A DNA stretch of 64,000 bases from an uncultured Collinsella sp. (GTDB taxonomy: Bacteria; Actinomycetota; Coriobacteriia; Coriobacteriales; Coriobacteriaceae), in the NCBI GenBank assembly GCA_900542325.1, contig UQMY01000004.1, positions 179 through 64,178 on the forward strand, in the 5' to 3' direction. Position numbers and translations under genes: made by a program. Positions 8,655 through 19,149 of this stretch are shown piece after piece. The notes beneath the pieces were generated by a model, which was not told the DNA's origin, did not search any database, and saw nothing but the letters and a program-made list of their open reading frames with translations. Each line of letters begins with the position of its first letter. Position 1 is the stretch's first letter.

Positions 8655-9452
8655 TTATGCGGCGGAGACGGCGTCATCATCCTCGTCCAGGGCGGCAAAG
8701 AGTTTCTTGCCGTCAAGGAGGCGCGTGCTGACGTTTCTCATACGGGTGATCTCGACGGTGCGCAGCGTATCGTCGGTGCCTCGGGCGTCGTAGACCGTTC
8801 CCAGCAGATACGAGATGCCATCGCGCTGCCTGATGGCAAAGGGTCGGAGCGTCATCCGCACCGCTTCGGTTGCGCCACGGGCGAGGGTACTCGAGATATC
8901 AAAGCTGACGGTCGTTCCGTGGTCGATGGCCTGCTCGATGAGCTCGCACGTGTCGATGCGCTTGATGGGCGTGCGTGTTGCCTTGGTAGCCTTGCTGCTT
9001 GCGCTTGGAGCGGGTTCGGGTGTATCGAGGTAGTCGCGAACGTCGGCACTCGCCATGGCAACTAAATGCTGCGCCATGCTCTTGCGGATAGCGATAGGCG
9101 TGGAGCGGTTGCGCATGACCATGCCGTGGAGCCGGATGATCTCTTCATCGGTGAGCGGGCGGGTAAGAAGTTTGTAGCCCACGCCGCGTTTGTAGTCGAT
9201 TTCGTATCCGGCGTGACGAAGCGCGGATATCGAGGTGTAGATGCTGCGCCGCGCCGCCGAGATGGGCATGCGGGTGGGGTCATCGGGATGGGCGAGGTGC
9301 TCGATTAACTCATCGGAAAGCAATGCCTTGTCTTCGCCGGTGTTTTCGCTCAAGAGCTGCAGGATGCGCACGGCGCGATAGGCCGCCATCGAGGCGGCGC
9401 CTCTGGTCGTGGTCTCATAGTTTTCAACAACGGCTTCGGTCATAACGCCCAC
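8655..9452 (-). CDS. WYL domain-containing transcriptional regulator with an N-terminal HTH.
   Basis: The N-terminus carries an HTH (...AAYRAVRILQLLSENTGEDKALLSDELIEHL...). The C-terminus carries a WYL-like domain (...RPFAIRQRDGISYLLGTVYDARG...TVEITRMRNV...). The exact start (8655..9452 vs internal Met) is uncertain. Confidence 0.55.
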   Translation of the reverse strand: MGVMTEAVVENYETTTRGAASMAAYRAVRILQLLSENTGEDKALLSDELIEHLAHPDDPTRMPISAARRSIYTSISALRHAGYEIDYKRGVGYKLLTRPLTDEEIIRLHGMVMRNRSTPIAIRKSMAQHLVAMASADVRDYLDTPEPAPSASSKATKATRTPIKRIDTCELIEQAIDHGTTVSFDISSTLARGATEAVRMTLRPFAIRQRDGISYLLGTVYDARGTDDTLRTVEITRMRNVSTRLLDGKKLFAALDEDDDAVSAA

Positions 9453-9618
9453 GTCCTTTCCATTTTGGGTGGCGACGGTACGGAGCCTAGGACGCGGGGC
9501 TTGCCTAGGGGCGCAGGGCGCTCTGGGCGGTCGGTAGTCGTCGGCAGGCGGCGGGTCGAGTTTTCAACAGCCCTGCTCAACTAACCAAAACCTTGCCAAA
9601 AGCTTGACGGGTGCTGTT

Positions 9619-9652
9619 GAAAAAAGCGCCCCTCGGCTTGCCGAGAGGCGCT
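9619..9652 (-). terminator. Rho-independent terminator of asnS.
   Basis: On the minus strand: CCAGCGCCTCTCGGCAAGCCGAGGGGCGCT followed by TTTTTT. Confidence 0.7.
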
Positions 9653-9692
9653 GGCGCGATGCGCTGTAACGCGCTGGGTGGCGCTGTGGCGA

Positions 9693-11108
9693 TTAGAAGT
9701 CGGCGTTGCCCACGGTGCGCGGGTGCGGCAGGACGTCGCGGATGTTGCCCACGCCGGTGAGGTACATCACCAAGCGCTCGAAGCCCAGACCGTAGCCGGC
9801 GTGCTTGCAGGAACCGTAGCGGCGCAGGTCAAGGTAGTACTTGTATTGCTCGGGATTCATACCCAGGTCCTTGATGCGGGACTCGAGCAGATCCAGGCGC
9901 TCCTCGCGCTGGGAGCCGCCGATAATCTCGCCGATACCGGGGACCAGGCAGTCGGCGGCGGCGACGGTCTTGCCGTCCTCGTTCATGCGCATGTAGAACG
10001 CCTTGATCTCGGCAGGGTAGTCGGTTACGAAGGTCGGGCGCTTAAAGTGCTCTTCGGTCAGGAAACGCTCGTGCTCGGTCTGCAGGTCGATGCCCCAGCT
10101 CACGGGATAGTCAAACTTGTGGCCGGCGGCGACGGCCTGCTCCAGGATCTCGACGGCCTCGGTGTAGGTAACGCGGGCAAAGTCGGAGTTTGCCACGTGG
10201 TCCAGGCGCTCGATCAAGCCCTTGTCCACAAACTTGTTGAGCATGTTGAGCTCGTCGGGGCAGGTGGCCATAACGTCCTTAAGGACGTACTTGAGCATGG
10301 CCTCGGCGTTATCCATGTAGTCGTTAAGGTCGGCAAAGGCCATCTCGGGCTCGATCATCCAAAACTCGGCGGCGTGACGCGTGGTGTTGGAGTTTTCGGC
10401 GCGGAAGGTGGGGCCAAAGGTGTACACGTCGCCAAAGGCCATGGCAAAGTTCTCGGCATTGAGCTGACCGGACACGGTGAGGCTCGCATGCTTACCAAAG
10501 AAGTCCTGGCTCCAGTCGACCTCGCCGGACTCGGTGAGGGGCGGATTTTTGGGGTCGAGCGTGGTCACGCGGAACATCTCGCCGGCACCCTCGCAGTCAC
10601 TCGTGGTGATGATGGGGGTGTTGACGTAGACAAAGCCCTGCTCCTGGAAGAACCGGTGGATGGCGGCAGCCGCGACAGAGCGGATGCGGAACACGGCGCG
10701 GAACAGGTTAGTGCGCGGGCGCAGGTGCTGCTGGGTGCGCAGGAACTCGACGGTTGCGCGCTTCTTCTGCAGCGGGTAATCCGGGGCGCTGACGCCCTCG
10801 ATCTCGATGGAGGTGGCAGAAAGCTCGAAGGGCTGGGGCGCATCGGGGGTCAGCTTGACGGTGCCAGTGCAAATGAGTGCGGCCGAGACGTTTTGGTGGG
10901 CGATCTCGTCGTAGTTGTCGAGCGCCTCGCGGTTCATGACGACCTGCAGGTCGCGGAAGCAGCTGCCGTCGTTGAGCGTAACAAAGCCAAAGTTCTTCAT
11001 GTCGCGGACGGACTTGACCCAGCCGGCGACAGTGACGGTCTGGCCGCCGAGCGACTCGGCATCGGCGTAAAGCTGCGCGATTTTGGTGCGGTTCACGTAT
11101 CCTCCCAT
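9693..11108 (-). CDS. asnS: Asparagine--tRNA ligase.
   Basis: Class II aaRS motifs and the AsnRS-typical segments ([39 protein letters not shown]) are present. The start could be as far upstream as 11162. Confidence 0.9.
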   Translation of the reverse strand: MGGYVNRTKIAQLYADAESLGGQTVTVAGWVKSVRDMKNFGFVTLNDGSCFRDLQVVMNREALDNYDEIAHQNVSAALICTGTVKLTPDAPQPFELSATSIEIEGVSAPDYPLQKKRATVEFLRTQQHLRPRTNLFRAVFRIRSVAAAAIHRFFQEQGFVYVNTPIITTSDCEGAGEMFRVTTLDPKNPPLTESGEVDWSQDFFGKHASLTVSGQLNAENFAMAFGDVYTFGPTFRAENSNTTRHAAEFWMIEPEMAFADLNDYMDNAEAMLKYVLKDVMATCPDELNMLNKFVDKGLIERLDHVANSDFARVTYTEAVEILEQAVAAGHKFDYPVSWGIDLQTEHERFLTEEHFKRPTFVTDYPAEIKAFYMRMNEDGKTVAAADCLVPGIGEIIGGSQREERLDLLESRIKDLGMNPEQYKYYLDLRRYGSCKHAGYGLGFERLVMYLTGVGNIRDVLPHPRTVGNADF

Positions 11109-11194
11109 AGCGGTTGAATGATAGTTATCCATACAGTTCGATATTCTAGCAGCTCGGCTCATTTGGGCTATACAGATAAGGCATTGGCGGGATG

Positions 11195-11240
11195 GTTTTT
11201 CAAACGAAAAGCGCCCGCGGCCAAATGGTCGCGGGCGCTT
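11195..11240 (-). terminator. Rho-independent terminator downstream of crr.
   Basis: AAGCGCCCGCG-ACCATTTGG-CCGCGGGCGCTT followed by TTTCGTTTG on the minus strand. Confidence 0.7.
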
Positions 11241-11277
11241 GACGAGGTGCCTTTTGGCTGTGTGGCACGGGGCCTGG

Positions 11278-11841
11278 CTACTTGGTCTTGGCTACCAGCA
11301 GCGGGTCGCCAAGCTTGACGAGCGGGTTGCCGCCGATAAGCGTTCCAGACTCGCCGACATGGTCGATGCTCTTAAGACGATCGAGCTCGGAGACGATGAC
11401 GGTCACGATGTCCTCGTGACCGGCGGCCTTAATAGCCTCGCGGTCGAAGCTGATGAGCGGCTGGCCTGCCTTGACCACATCGCCCATCTCGACAAAGCGG
11501 GCAAAACCCTTGCCGTTCATTTCCACGGTGCCCAGGCCAACATGGATGAACACGCGAAGACCGTCCTCGGTGATCATGCCGATGGAGTGGTTGGTGACGG
11601 TGGTGGCGCCGATGCGGCCGTTGGCGGGCGCATAGATGGTGCCGGTGATGGGCTCGATGCCATAGCCCTGACCGAGCATGCCCGCGGCGATGGTCTCGTC
11701 GGGAACCTCGTCCAGATTGACGAGTACGCCGTTGACAGGGGCATAGATGACGCCTTCGCGGGTAGCGAAGCTTGCTGAGGGCGGAACGGACGCCTCGCCC
11801 GACGAAGTGAACGTGGACTTGAGCGAATCGAGCAGACCCAT
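11278..11841 (-). CDS. crr: PTS glucose-family EIIA component.
   Basis: The EIIA-Glc fold signature is present (...GYGIEP..., ...[15 protein letters not shown]...) with conserved His residues. The start MGLLDSLK is chosen. Confidence 0.8.
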   Translation of the reverse strand: MGLLDSLKSTFTSSGEASVPPSASFATREGVIYAPVNGVLVNLDEVPDETIAAGMLGQGYGIEPITGTIYAPANGRIGATTVTNHSIGMITEDGLRVFIHVGLGTVEMNGKGFARFVEMGDVVKAGQPLISFDREAIKAAGHEDIVTVIVSELDRLKSIDHVGESGTLIGGNPLVKLGDPLLVAKTK

Positions 11842-12087
11842 AGTTGCCTCCAACGTATCAAGCGCGCCTGTTGCACGCGTGTAATGTAGCCGGAAACGTT
11901 ACGTATGTGTTTCCCGGCACGGTCAGCGTCCCTATTTTACGCTGTGAAACGATAGTGCTGAGCTGGGATTATGTGATATATCAGTTGAAAGGGAACTTAT
12001 TGCGGGAGTGTTTCTGCGCCGTGGGTCCAACTGGGGTACGCTTGAGGACGAAAATAGTGCGCACGAATTGCGCGAAGGGAGCACCAA

Positions 12088-12990
12088 TTGATTATCGAGA
12101 GTCATGCGCTGTGGGGCGAGGAGCCGACTGAGGAGTATCCGGCGACGTTTACCTATTTGGGCGCCGAGCCGCTGCCCGATAAGCCTAATGGTCGTCGCCC
12201 GGCAGCGATCATCTGCGGCGGAGGCGCGTTTACGCACATCGCTCCGCATGAGCAAGATCCGGTGGCGTTTGCGTTTTTGGATCACGGGTACCAGGCTTTT
12301 GTGCTCAACTATGTGACAAGCGGCACGGGCGACGTGAGTTTTCCGCACCCGCATGCCGATCTTGCCAAGATGGTCGCCACGGTGCGCGCTAATGCCGACG
12401 AATGGCATGTCGACCCCAAGCGCGTGTGCGTCGTGGGCTTTTCGGCGGGCGGCATGCTCTGCGCCTCGTTAGCAACGCAGTGGAAGACCGGTCCCTTTGC
12501 GGCGCTTGCCGGGGTGCGTCCGGATGATATTCGCCCCGACGCCGTGGTGCTGGGCTATCCATTGCTCGACCTTGCCTATGTGCGCGACACGCAGACGCGC
12601 GATCCGCGCATTGACCTGCGCGTGCCCAAGACGGGCGGCAAGACGGGACGTGATTTGCTTAACGACTACCTGTCGATGGTGACGGGCGGTGAGGCAACCG
12701 ACGAACACTTGGCCGACATCTGCCCCACCACGCATGTTTCGCGCCAGATGCCGCCGACCTTTGTGTGGGGCGTGTCCGACGACAAGACGGCGCCGATCGC
12801 GCAGGTCTACCCGTTTGCGCAGCGCATGGCCGAGGAGGGCGTTGCATGCGAGATGCACGTCTTTGACCAGGGCGGCCACGGCCTTTCGCTCGGCAACGCC
12901 AACACCGCAGTCGACAACGAGGACAAGCAGGTGGCGGTCCGTCCTTGGATTCGTCTAGCCTTCCGCTTCCTCGAGCGTCACGGGTTTTAG
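12088..12990 (+). CDS. Alpha/beta hydrolase (esterase/lipase-like).
   Basis: A GFSAGG nucleophile elbow (GxSxG) and a DxxxxHGL-type catalytic His region are present, consistent with the acetyl-esterase family. Confidence 0.75.
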   Translation: MIIESHALWGEEPTEEYPATFTYLGAEPLPDKPNGRRPAAIICGGGAFTHIAPHEQDPVAFAFLDHGYQAFVLNYVTSGTGDVSFPHPHADLAKMVATVRANADEWHVDPKRVCVVGFSAGGMLCASLATQWKTGPFAALAGVRPDDIRPDAVVLGYPLLDLAYVRDTQTRDPRIDLRVPKTGGKTGRDLLNDYLSMVTGGEATDEHLADICPTTHVSRQMPPTFVWGVSDDKTAPIAQVYPFAQRMAEEGVACEMHVFDQGGHGLSLGNANTAVDNEDKQVAVRPWIRLAFRFLERHGF

Positions 12991-13190
12991 TTACGGCGTT
13001 TTACCAAACGCCGTAACTGCTCGACGCTGCAAGTCCGCCAGGGCGGCAATCTGCCTTTCAACTTCGGCGGCATGACCAGAAGGTCAATGCCGCCTCGTTT
13101 CAAGGCACCTTGCTCGCTCTGGCGGGTTTTCGCTGTCGGTTCCAAGAGCATCGAGGTAGTCATTGGGGACGTTCTTAAGCGACTAGTCGA
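12989..13190 (+). ncRNA. Family 2 structured intergenic module, copy 1, a candidate cis-regulatory RNA or sRNA. It starts at the esterase stop codon and precedes feoAB.
   Basis: It is homologous over about 170 nt to positions 32036-32230. Shared blocks include TAGTT.CG.CGTT, CGCTGC, CAATCTG, CATGACCARAAGGTCAATGCC, TTTCA.GSCACCTTG, CGCTCTGG and AAAGGGACA. Compensatory changes occur in three helices, with G-U wobbles only on the plus strand. Confidence 0.5.
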
Positions 13191-13315
13191 AAGGGACACT
13201 CTTGCGGCACTTGGCACTCGGGGACGTTCCTTTTGTGCCGGCACTTGGGGACGGTCCTTGCACCGATCTGTCGATTGAACATCGTTGCATGTTCGCGCTA
13301 TCATGCATGGTTAAA

Positions 13316-13348
13316 ATTGGTTAGCCATGGCAAACGGTTAGCCAAGGT
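13316..13348. promoter_or_regulatory. Candidate metalloregulator (DtxR/IdeR-like) operator upstream of feoAB.
   Basis: GTTAGCCATGGCAAAC is a 14/16-bp near-palindrome, directly followed by a second GGTTAGCCAAGG. This partly resembles the IdeR box half-site TTAGGTTAGC. It lies about 50 nt upstream of the feoAB RBS. Confidence 0.3.
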
Positions 13349-13395
13349 GAACATAAAAACAACGCCCTGTGGGCGCCGGGGGAGGAACACGGACG

Positions 13396-15755
13396 TGAAG
13401 CTCGATACACTCGAGATTGGAAAGGACGCCGTTGTCGCATCGGTGGCATCGGACGATCAGGCACTCCGACAGCATATTTTGGACATGGGTCTAACGCCGG
13501 GCACCGAAGTCACCATGATGAAGTACGCCCCTATGGGCGACCCGCTCGAGATTCGTCTGCGTGGCTACGAGCTGACGCTGCGCAAGGATGATGCCGCTCG
13601 TATTGAGCTCGTAGGTATTCATGACACCGATACGGGTCCGCGCGTGAACGCCGCTATTGGCACAACGGAGCACCCGGCCCTCGGCGAGGGAACGTATTCG
13701 CCCCGCGCGGCAAAGACGGCCGTGCCCGAGGGCGCGCCGCTGCACTTTGCCCTCGCCGGCAACCAAAACTGCGGTAAGACCACGCTGTTCAACCAGCTGA
13801 CGGGCTCCAACCAGCATGTCGGTAACTTTCCCGGCGTGACGGTCGACCGCAAAGACGGCACCATTCGTAACCACCCCGAGGCGAGCGTTACCGACCTGCC
13901 CGGTATTTACTCCCTGTCGCCGTACACGGGCGAAGAGATTGTGAGCCGCCAGTTTATCCTGGACGAGCATCCCGACGCCATCATCGACATCATCGACGCT
14001 ACTAATATTGAACGCAACCTGTACCTGACGCTGCAGCTTATGGAACTCGATCGCCCCATGGTCATCGCGCTCAACATGATGGACGAGGTGACGGCCAACG
14101 GCGGCGCCGTGGACGTCAACCTGCTCGAGAGCTTGTTGGGCGTGCCTGTTGTCCCCATTAGCGCTGCCCGCAACGAGGGCATCGGCGAGTTGGTGGATCA
14201 TGCCTTGCACGTGGCGCGGTTCCGTGAGCGCCCCGGTCGCCTGGACTTCTGTGCGCCCGATGGCTCGGACGGCGGTGCGCTGCACCGCTGCATCCACGGC
14301 ATTGCCAACCTTATCGAGGATCATGCCGCGACGGCGCACATTCCCGTGCGTTTTGCGGCGACCAAGCTGGTTGAGGGCGACGAGCTGGTAACCGAGGCGC
14401 TCCACCTAGACCGCAACGAACTCGACGCCATCGAGCACATCATTACCCAGATGGAGGGCGAGGCGGGCACCGACCGTCTGTCCGCGCTGGCCGACATGCG
14501 CTTTAGCTTTATCGGCGACGTGTGCGGGCGCTGCGTTGTCAAGCCGCACGAGAGCCGCGAGCACGTGCGTTCCGTCAAGATCGACCGCATCCTGACGGGT
14601 CGCTACACGGCCATTCCGGCGTTCCTGGTGATCATGGGCCTCGTCTTTTGGTTGACGTTTGGCGTGATCGGCGCGGCGTTGCAGGGCCTCATGGAGGACG
14701 GCATCGCTGCCATCATCGCCTCGGCCGATGCGGGTCTCAAGGTGTTCGGCACCAACGACGTGGTGCGCTCGCTGGCTGTCGACGGCGTGCTCACAGGCGT
14801 GGGCAGCGTGCTCACCTTCCTGCCGATCATCGTCGTGCTCTTCTTGTTCCTCTCTATTTTGGAGGACTCGGGCTACATGGCGCGCGTGGCCTTTGTCATG
14901 GATAAGGTGCTGCGCCGCTTTGGCCTGTCGGGTCGCAGCTTCGTGCCCATGCTCGTCGGTTTTGGCTGCACCGTGCCGGCTATCATGTCGACCCGTACGC
15001 TCCCATCCGAGCACGACCGCAAGATGACGGTCATGCTCACGCCGTTTATGAGCTGCTCGGCCAAGCTGCCGGTCTACGGTCTGCTGTGCGGGGCGTTTTT
15101 CCCACAGGCGACGGTTCCCGCTATGGTCTCGCTTTATCTGATCGGCATTGCGGTTGGTTGCATCGCGGCTTTGGTGCTTAACCGCACGGCATTTAAGGGC
15201 GACCCGGTGCCGTTTATCATGGAGCTTCCCAATTACCGCCTACCGAGCGTCAAGACGACGGTGATGCTGGCATGGGATAAGGCCAAGGACTTTATTACCA
15301 AGGCCTTTACCATTATCTTTGCCGCTACCGTGGTCATCTGGTTTCTTCAGACGTTCGACATTCGCTTTAATGTGGTCGCCGATCAGTCGCAGAGCCTACT
15401 TGCCGGTCTGGGTAGCATTATCGCACCGGCGCTGACGCCGCTTGGGTTTGGCGACTGGCGTGCATCCACGGCGCTTGTTACTGGACTTATCGCCAAGGAG
15501 AGCGTTATCTCGACCCTCACGGTGCTTTTGGGTACAACCTCGCCCGCGGCACTGTCGACCATGTTCTCGCCGTTTACCGCCTACGTGTTCCTGGTCTTTA
15601 CACTGCTGTACCCGCCTTGTGTGGCGGCAATCGGCGCCGTCAAGAGCGAGTTGGGCGCGCGCTATGCCGTTGCCGTGTTCGCGTTTCAGGTGGCAGTCGC
15701 CTGGATCGTGGCGTTTGTCGTGCATTCGGCGGGCATATTGCTGGGGTTGGCTTAG
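13396..15755 (+). CDS. feoB: Ferrous iron transport protein, FeoA-FeoB fusion.
   Basis: A GGGGGAGG RBS lies 8 nt upstream of GTG. The N-terminus is an FeoA SH3-like domain (VKLDTLEIGKDAVVASV...). It is followed by the FeoB G-domain (GNQNCGKTTLFNQLTG, DLPGIYS) and the multi-TM permease domain. Confidence 0.85.
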
Positions 15756-15879
15756 TTATGTATTGACGGCGCAACCTCTGTGTATCGAATTGTTTTCGGC
15801 CCTGCATCTGTACTGACGGATGCGGGGCCGTTGCTATATAATCGCCCACCGCTCAAGATAATCGGAGAGGTTTTCCTAT

Positions 15880-17076
15880 ATGGCTCAAACAAAGCAAGAT
15901 GGCATCTCGCTCAAGCAGTGGCTCCCGCTTATCGGGCTCGCCTGTTGCGCGTTCGTGTTCAACACGTCGGAGTTTATGCCCATCGGCCTTCTGACTGATA
16001 TCGCCGCGTCGTTCTCGCTCACCGAGGCCCAAGCCGGCATCATGATTTCGGTCTATGCCTGGGGCGTCATGCTGCTGTCGCTGCCACTCATGGTGTTTGC
16101 CTCGCGCTTTGAGTTCAAGTGGATGCTGCTCGGCGTGCTCGCCGTGTTTTCTCTGGGTCAGTTCCTGTCTGCTGTGGCACCGACATATCCCATCCTGGTC
16201 TGTGCGCGCCTGGTGGTCGCTTGCGCACATGCCGTGTTCTGGTCGGTCGCCTCGATTATGGCCTCGCGCCTGGTTGACGCCCGCCACGGGGCGCTCGCCA
16301 TCAGCATGATCGCCACGGGCTCGTCTATCGCGCAGATCTTTGGCCTGCCGATCGGCCGCGCTATCGGCCTTGCCGTGGGCTGGCGCATGACGTTCGCCGC
16401 GGTCGGTGCCCTTTCTGCCGCCGCGGTGGTGTACCAGGCCGCGGTGTTCCCGGCCATGCCGGCGGATGAGCGCTTTACCGTTAAGCAGCTGCCCGAGCTG
16501 CTCAAGAACCCGTTCCTGATTGCGCTCTACGCGGTCACGGTCTTTATGGCGACCGGCTACTACGCGGGTTACAGCTATATCGAGCCGTTCCTGGCACAGG
16601 TCGCGCACGTCGACGCAGGTGCCATCACCATGACGCTGACGGCGTTTGGCTGCTCCGGTCTGGTGGGCAGCTGGCTGTTCGGCCGACTGTTCGATGGGCA
16701 TCGCTTCCCGTTCTTGGCTATCACGCTCTCCGGCGTGCCGGTGGCTCTGCTGCTTATGGCCCCCGCAGCCTCGGCACTCGTGTTGGTGCTTGCCGTCTGC
16801 GCACTATGGGGCTGCTGCGCCACGGCCTTTAACGTGGCGTTTCAGGCCGAGCTCATCAAGTACACGCCGGCGGACTCGTCGGCTGTCGCCATGTCGATCT
16901 TCTCGGGCCTGTTCAACCTGGGTATTGGTACGGGCACGGCGATTGGTGGCGCCGTGGTGTCGGGCCCGGGCATCGCTTGGATCGGCTACGCGGGCGGCAC
17001 GATTGCCGTCGTGGGCTTCATCCTTGCCATTACCGTGCTGTTCCCGGCCATACGCCGCGCAAAGCCTGTTGCCTAA
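15880..17076 (+). CDS. MFS transporter (sugar efflux/SotB-like).
   Basis: 398 aa with about 12 TM segments. An MFS motif after TM2 and a GGAGAGG RBS are present. Confidence 0.8.
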   Translation: MAQTKQDGISLKQWLPLIGLACCAFVFNTSEFMPIGLLTDIAASFSLTEAQAGIMISVYAWGVMLLSLPLMVFASRFEFKWMLLGVLAVFSLGQFLSAVAPTYPILVCARLVVACAHAVFWSVASIMASRLVDARHGALAISMIATGSSIAQIFGLPIGRAIGLAVGWRMTFAAVGALSAAAVVYQAAVFPAMPADERFTVKQLPELLKNPFLIALYAVTVFMATGYYAGYSYIEPFLAQVAHVDAGAITMTLTAFGCSGLVGSWLFGRLFDGHRFPFLAITLSGVPVALLLMAPAASALVLVLAVCALWGCCATAFNVAFQAELIKYTPADSSAVAMSIFSGLFNLGIGTGTAIGGAVVSGPGIAWIGYAGGTIAVVGFILAITVLFPAIRRAKPVA

Positions 17077-17204
17077 CCACACCCCCTCATCAGTTGCGGC
17101 GGAATGCGGACTGGATTGGGTAGCTAAAAAAGCCCCGTCCCAAATTAGCTACCCTGCTGGGCATACAATGGATGTCGTTGTGTTGAGCTTACCGGGAGGC
17201 TGTT

Positions 17205-18581
17205 ATGTGGGCATACGAGACGACGTTCTATCAGATCTATCCGCTGGGCTTTTGCGGGGCTCCGCGCGAAAACGCCGCGCCTGTTGCCGAGGATGAGCTC
17301 TTCCAAGCTGCCGGTACCGCGCCCAATCCCGATGCCCCCATCATGAAAATCGCCCAATGGGCCGATTACCTGCAGGAGTTCGGTATCGGTGCCGTGTTGA
17401 TCAACCCTCCGCTTGAGTCCGATGGCCATGGCTACGATACGCGCAGCCTGCGCCATATCGACCGCCGCCTGGGTGGAGATGCCGACTTTGCCGCCGTGTG
17501 CGAGACGCTGCATGCCCATGGCATACGCGTGGTGCTCGATGCCGTCTTTAACCATGTGGGCCGCGGCTTCTGGGCATTCCGCGACGTGCAGGAGCGCAAG
17601 TGGGATTCGCCCTACAAGGATTGGTTCCACATCAGTTTTGACGGCGATTCCTGCTATGGCGACGGCTTTTGGTATGAGGGCTGGGAGGGCCATTTTGAGC
17701 TCGTGAAGCTCAACCTGCAAAATCCTGCCGTAGTCGATTACCTGCTCGAGTCTGTGCGCCGTTGGGCCGATGACTTTGGCATCGACGGCCTGCGCCTGGA
17801 CGTCGCCTACATGCTCGACCGCGACTTTATGCGCCGCCTGCGCTCCTTTACCCGCGAGCTCAAGCCCGACTTTGTACTGATCGGCGAGACGCTCCACGGC
17901 GACTACAACCAGATCGTCAACGACGAGATGCTCGACTCCTGCACCAACTACGAGTGCTACAAGGGCCTGTATTCCAGCTTTAACTCAGTCAATATGTTCG
18001 AGATCGCCCATTCGCTGCATCGCCAGTTTGGCGGCGACCCGTGGTGCATCTACCGCGGCAAACACCTGCTGTCGTTTGTCGACAACCACGACGTGCCGCG
18101 TCTGGCCAGCATCCTCACCGACAAGTCGTGCCTGCGTCCCGCCTATGGCATGCTCTTTGGCATGCCGGGAATCCCGTGCGTCTACTATGGCAGCGAGTGG
18201 GGAATTGCCGGCGAAAAGGGCGGCCCCGATGGCGACTGGGCGCTGCGACCTGCGCTCAATGCGCCTGCGCCCAACGAGCTGACGGCGTTCATCACGCAGC
18301 TCGCGCACCTTCGTTCGGCCGACGACGCGGCGGCACGCGCTCTCAACTACGGCGCGTACCGTAACGTGGTGATTCAAAACAAGCAGCTGCTGTTCGAGCG
18401 TGCCTGCGACGACGCCACGGTGCTCGTGGCGGTGAATGCCGTGGACGAGACCTATTCCTTTACAGCCGGCGAGCTCAACGGGTCCTTTGTCGACCTGCTT
18501 GCCGACGACGCGCCCACGGTCGAGCTGGCGGGCACGCTTGAGCTTGCGCCCTATGAGGTGCGTTATCTGCTGAGGGTCTAG
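17205..18581 (+). CDS. Glycoside hydrolase family 13 (alpha-amylase family) protein.
   Basis: The four conserved GH13 regions are present: DAVFNHVG, GIDGLRLDVAYML, LIGETLHGDY and FVDNHDVPR. Confidence 0.8.
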   Translation: MWAYETTFYQIYPLGFCGAPRENAAPVAEDELFQAAGTAPNPDAPIMKIAQWADYLQEFGIGAVLINPPLESDGHGYDTRSLRHIDRRLGGDADFAAVCETLHAHGIRVVLDAVFNHVGRGFWAFRDVQERKWDSPYKDWFHISFDGDSCYGDGFWYEGWEGHFELVKLNLQNPAVVDYLLESVRRWADDFGIDGLRLDVAYMLDRDFMRRLRSFTRELKPDFVLIGETLHGDYNQIVNDEMLDSCTNYECYKGLYSSFNSVNMFEIAHSLHRQFGGDPWCIYRGKHLLSFVDNHDVPRLASILTDKSCLRPAYGMLFGMPGIPCVYYGSEWGIAGEKGGPDGDWALRPALNAPAPNELTAFITQLAHLRSADDAAARALNYGAYRNVVIQNKQLLFERACDDATVLVAVNAVDETYSFTAGELNGSFVDLLADDAPTVELAGTLELAPYEVRYLLRV

Positions 18582-18584
18582 CCC

Positions 18585-19148
18585 ATGCCTGCGTCTGACG
18601 AGGGCTATCAACATATTGAGCATGGGTTTGAGCCCGTGTTCGACCGGCACTCGCGCGTTTTGGTGCTCGGGTCATTCCCCTCGGTGCTTTCGCGCGCCAA
18701 TGCCTTTTACTATGGCAACCCTCAGAACCGCTTTTGGCGCGTGATAGCGGCATGCCTCGGTGCGCCTGTGCCACCCAATGAGGGCGATCCTTTGGCGGAC
18801 GGTACGCCGGCGACACTCGACGCCTCGATTGCCGCCAAGCGATTCATGCTCCTCGACGGCGGCGTAGCCCTGTGGGATGTGATCGAGAGCTGCGATATCA
18901 AGGGCTCGAGTGACGCTAGTATTCGTAACGTCGTGCCGGCACACATCGAGCTCATCACCAGCAACGTGTCCATTGAGCAGGTAATATGCAACGGTGGCAC
19001 GGCGGGGCGCCTCTACAAGCGCTATCTACAGGAGCGGACGGGCCTGCCCGCTGTCATATTGCCGTCAACAAGTCCCGCTAACGCGGCCTGGCGCCTGGAG
19101 CGCCTCGTTGAGTGCTGGCGCGAGGCCGTTGACTGGGGTGCTCGATAA
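18585..19148 (+). CDS. DNA-deoxyinosine glycosylase / uracil-DNA glycosylase superfamily protein.
   Basis: GSFPS, YYGNPQNRFW and LPSTSPAN motifs are present. The start is 4 nt after the GH13 stop. Confidence 0.65.
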   Translation: MPASDEGYQHIEHGFEPVFDRHSRVLVLGSFPSVLSRANAFYYGNPQNRFWRVIAACLGAPVPPNEGDPLADGTPATLDASIAAKRFMLLDGGVALWDVIESCDIKGSSDASIRNVVPAHIELITSNVSIEQVICNGGTAGRLYKRYLQERTGLPAVILPSTSPANAAWRLERLVECWREAVDWGAR

Positions 19149-19149
19149 T

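Noticed and set aside
11932-12408. A 158-aa minus-strand ORF overlapping the start of the esterase gene.
   Set aside because: It overlaps a well-supported alpha/beta-hydrolase CDS on the opposite strand and has no motif. It is probably spurious.
17077-17204. The hairpin GGGTAGCTAA-N16-TTAGCTACCC after the MFS transporter gene, considered as a possible further member of the repeat families.
   Set aside because: It shares no sequence with the family 1 or family 2 cores and lacks a T-tract. It is probably a simple local terminator-like structure.
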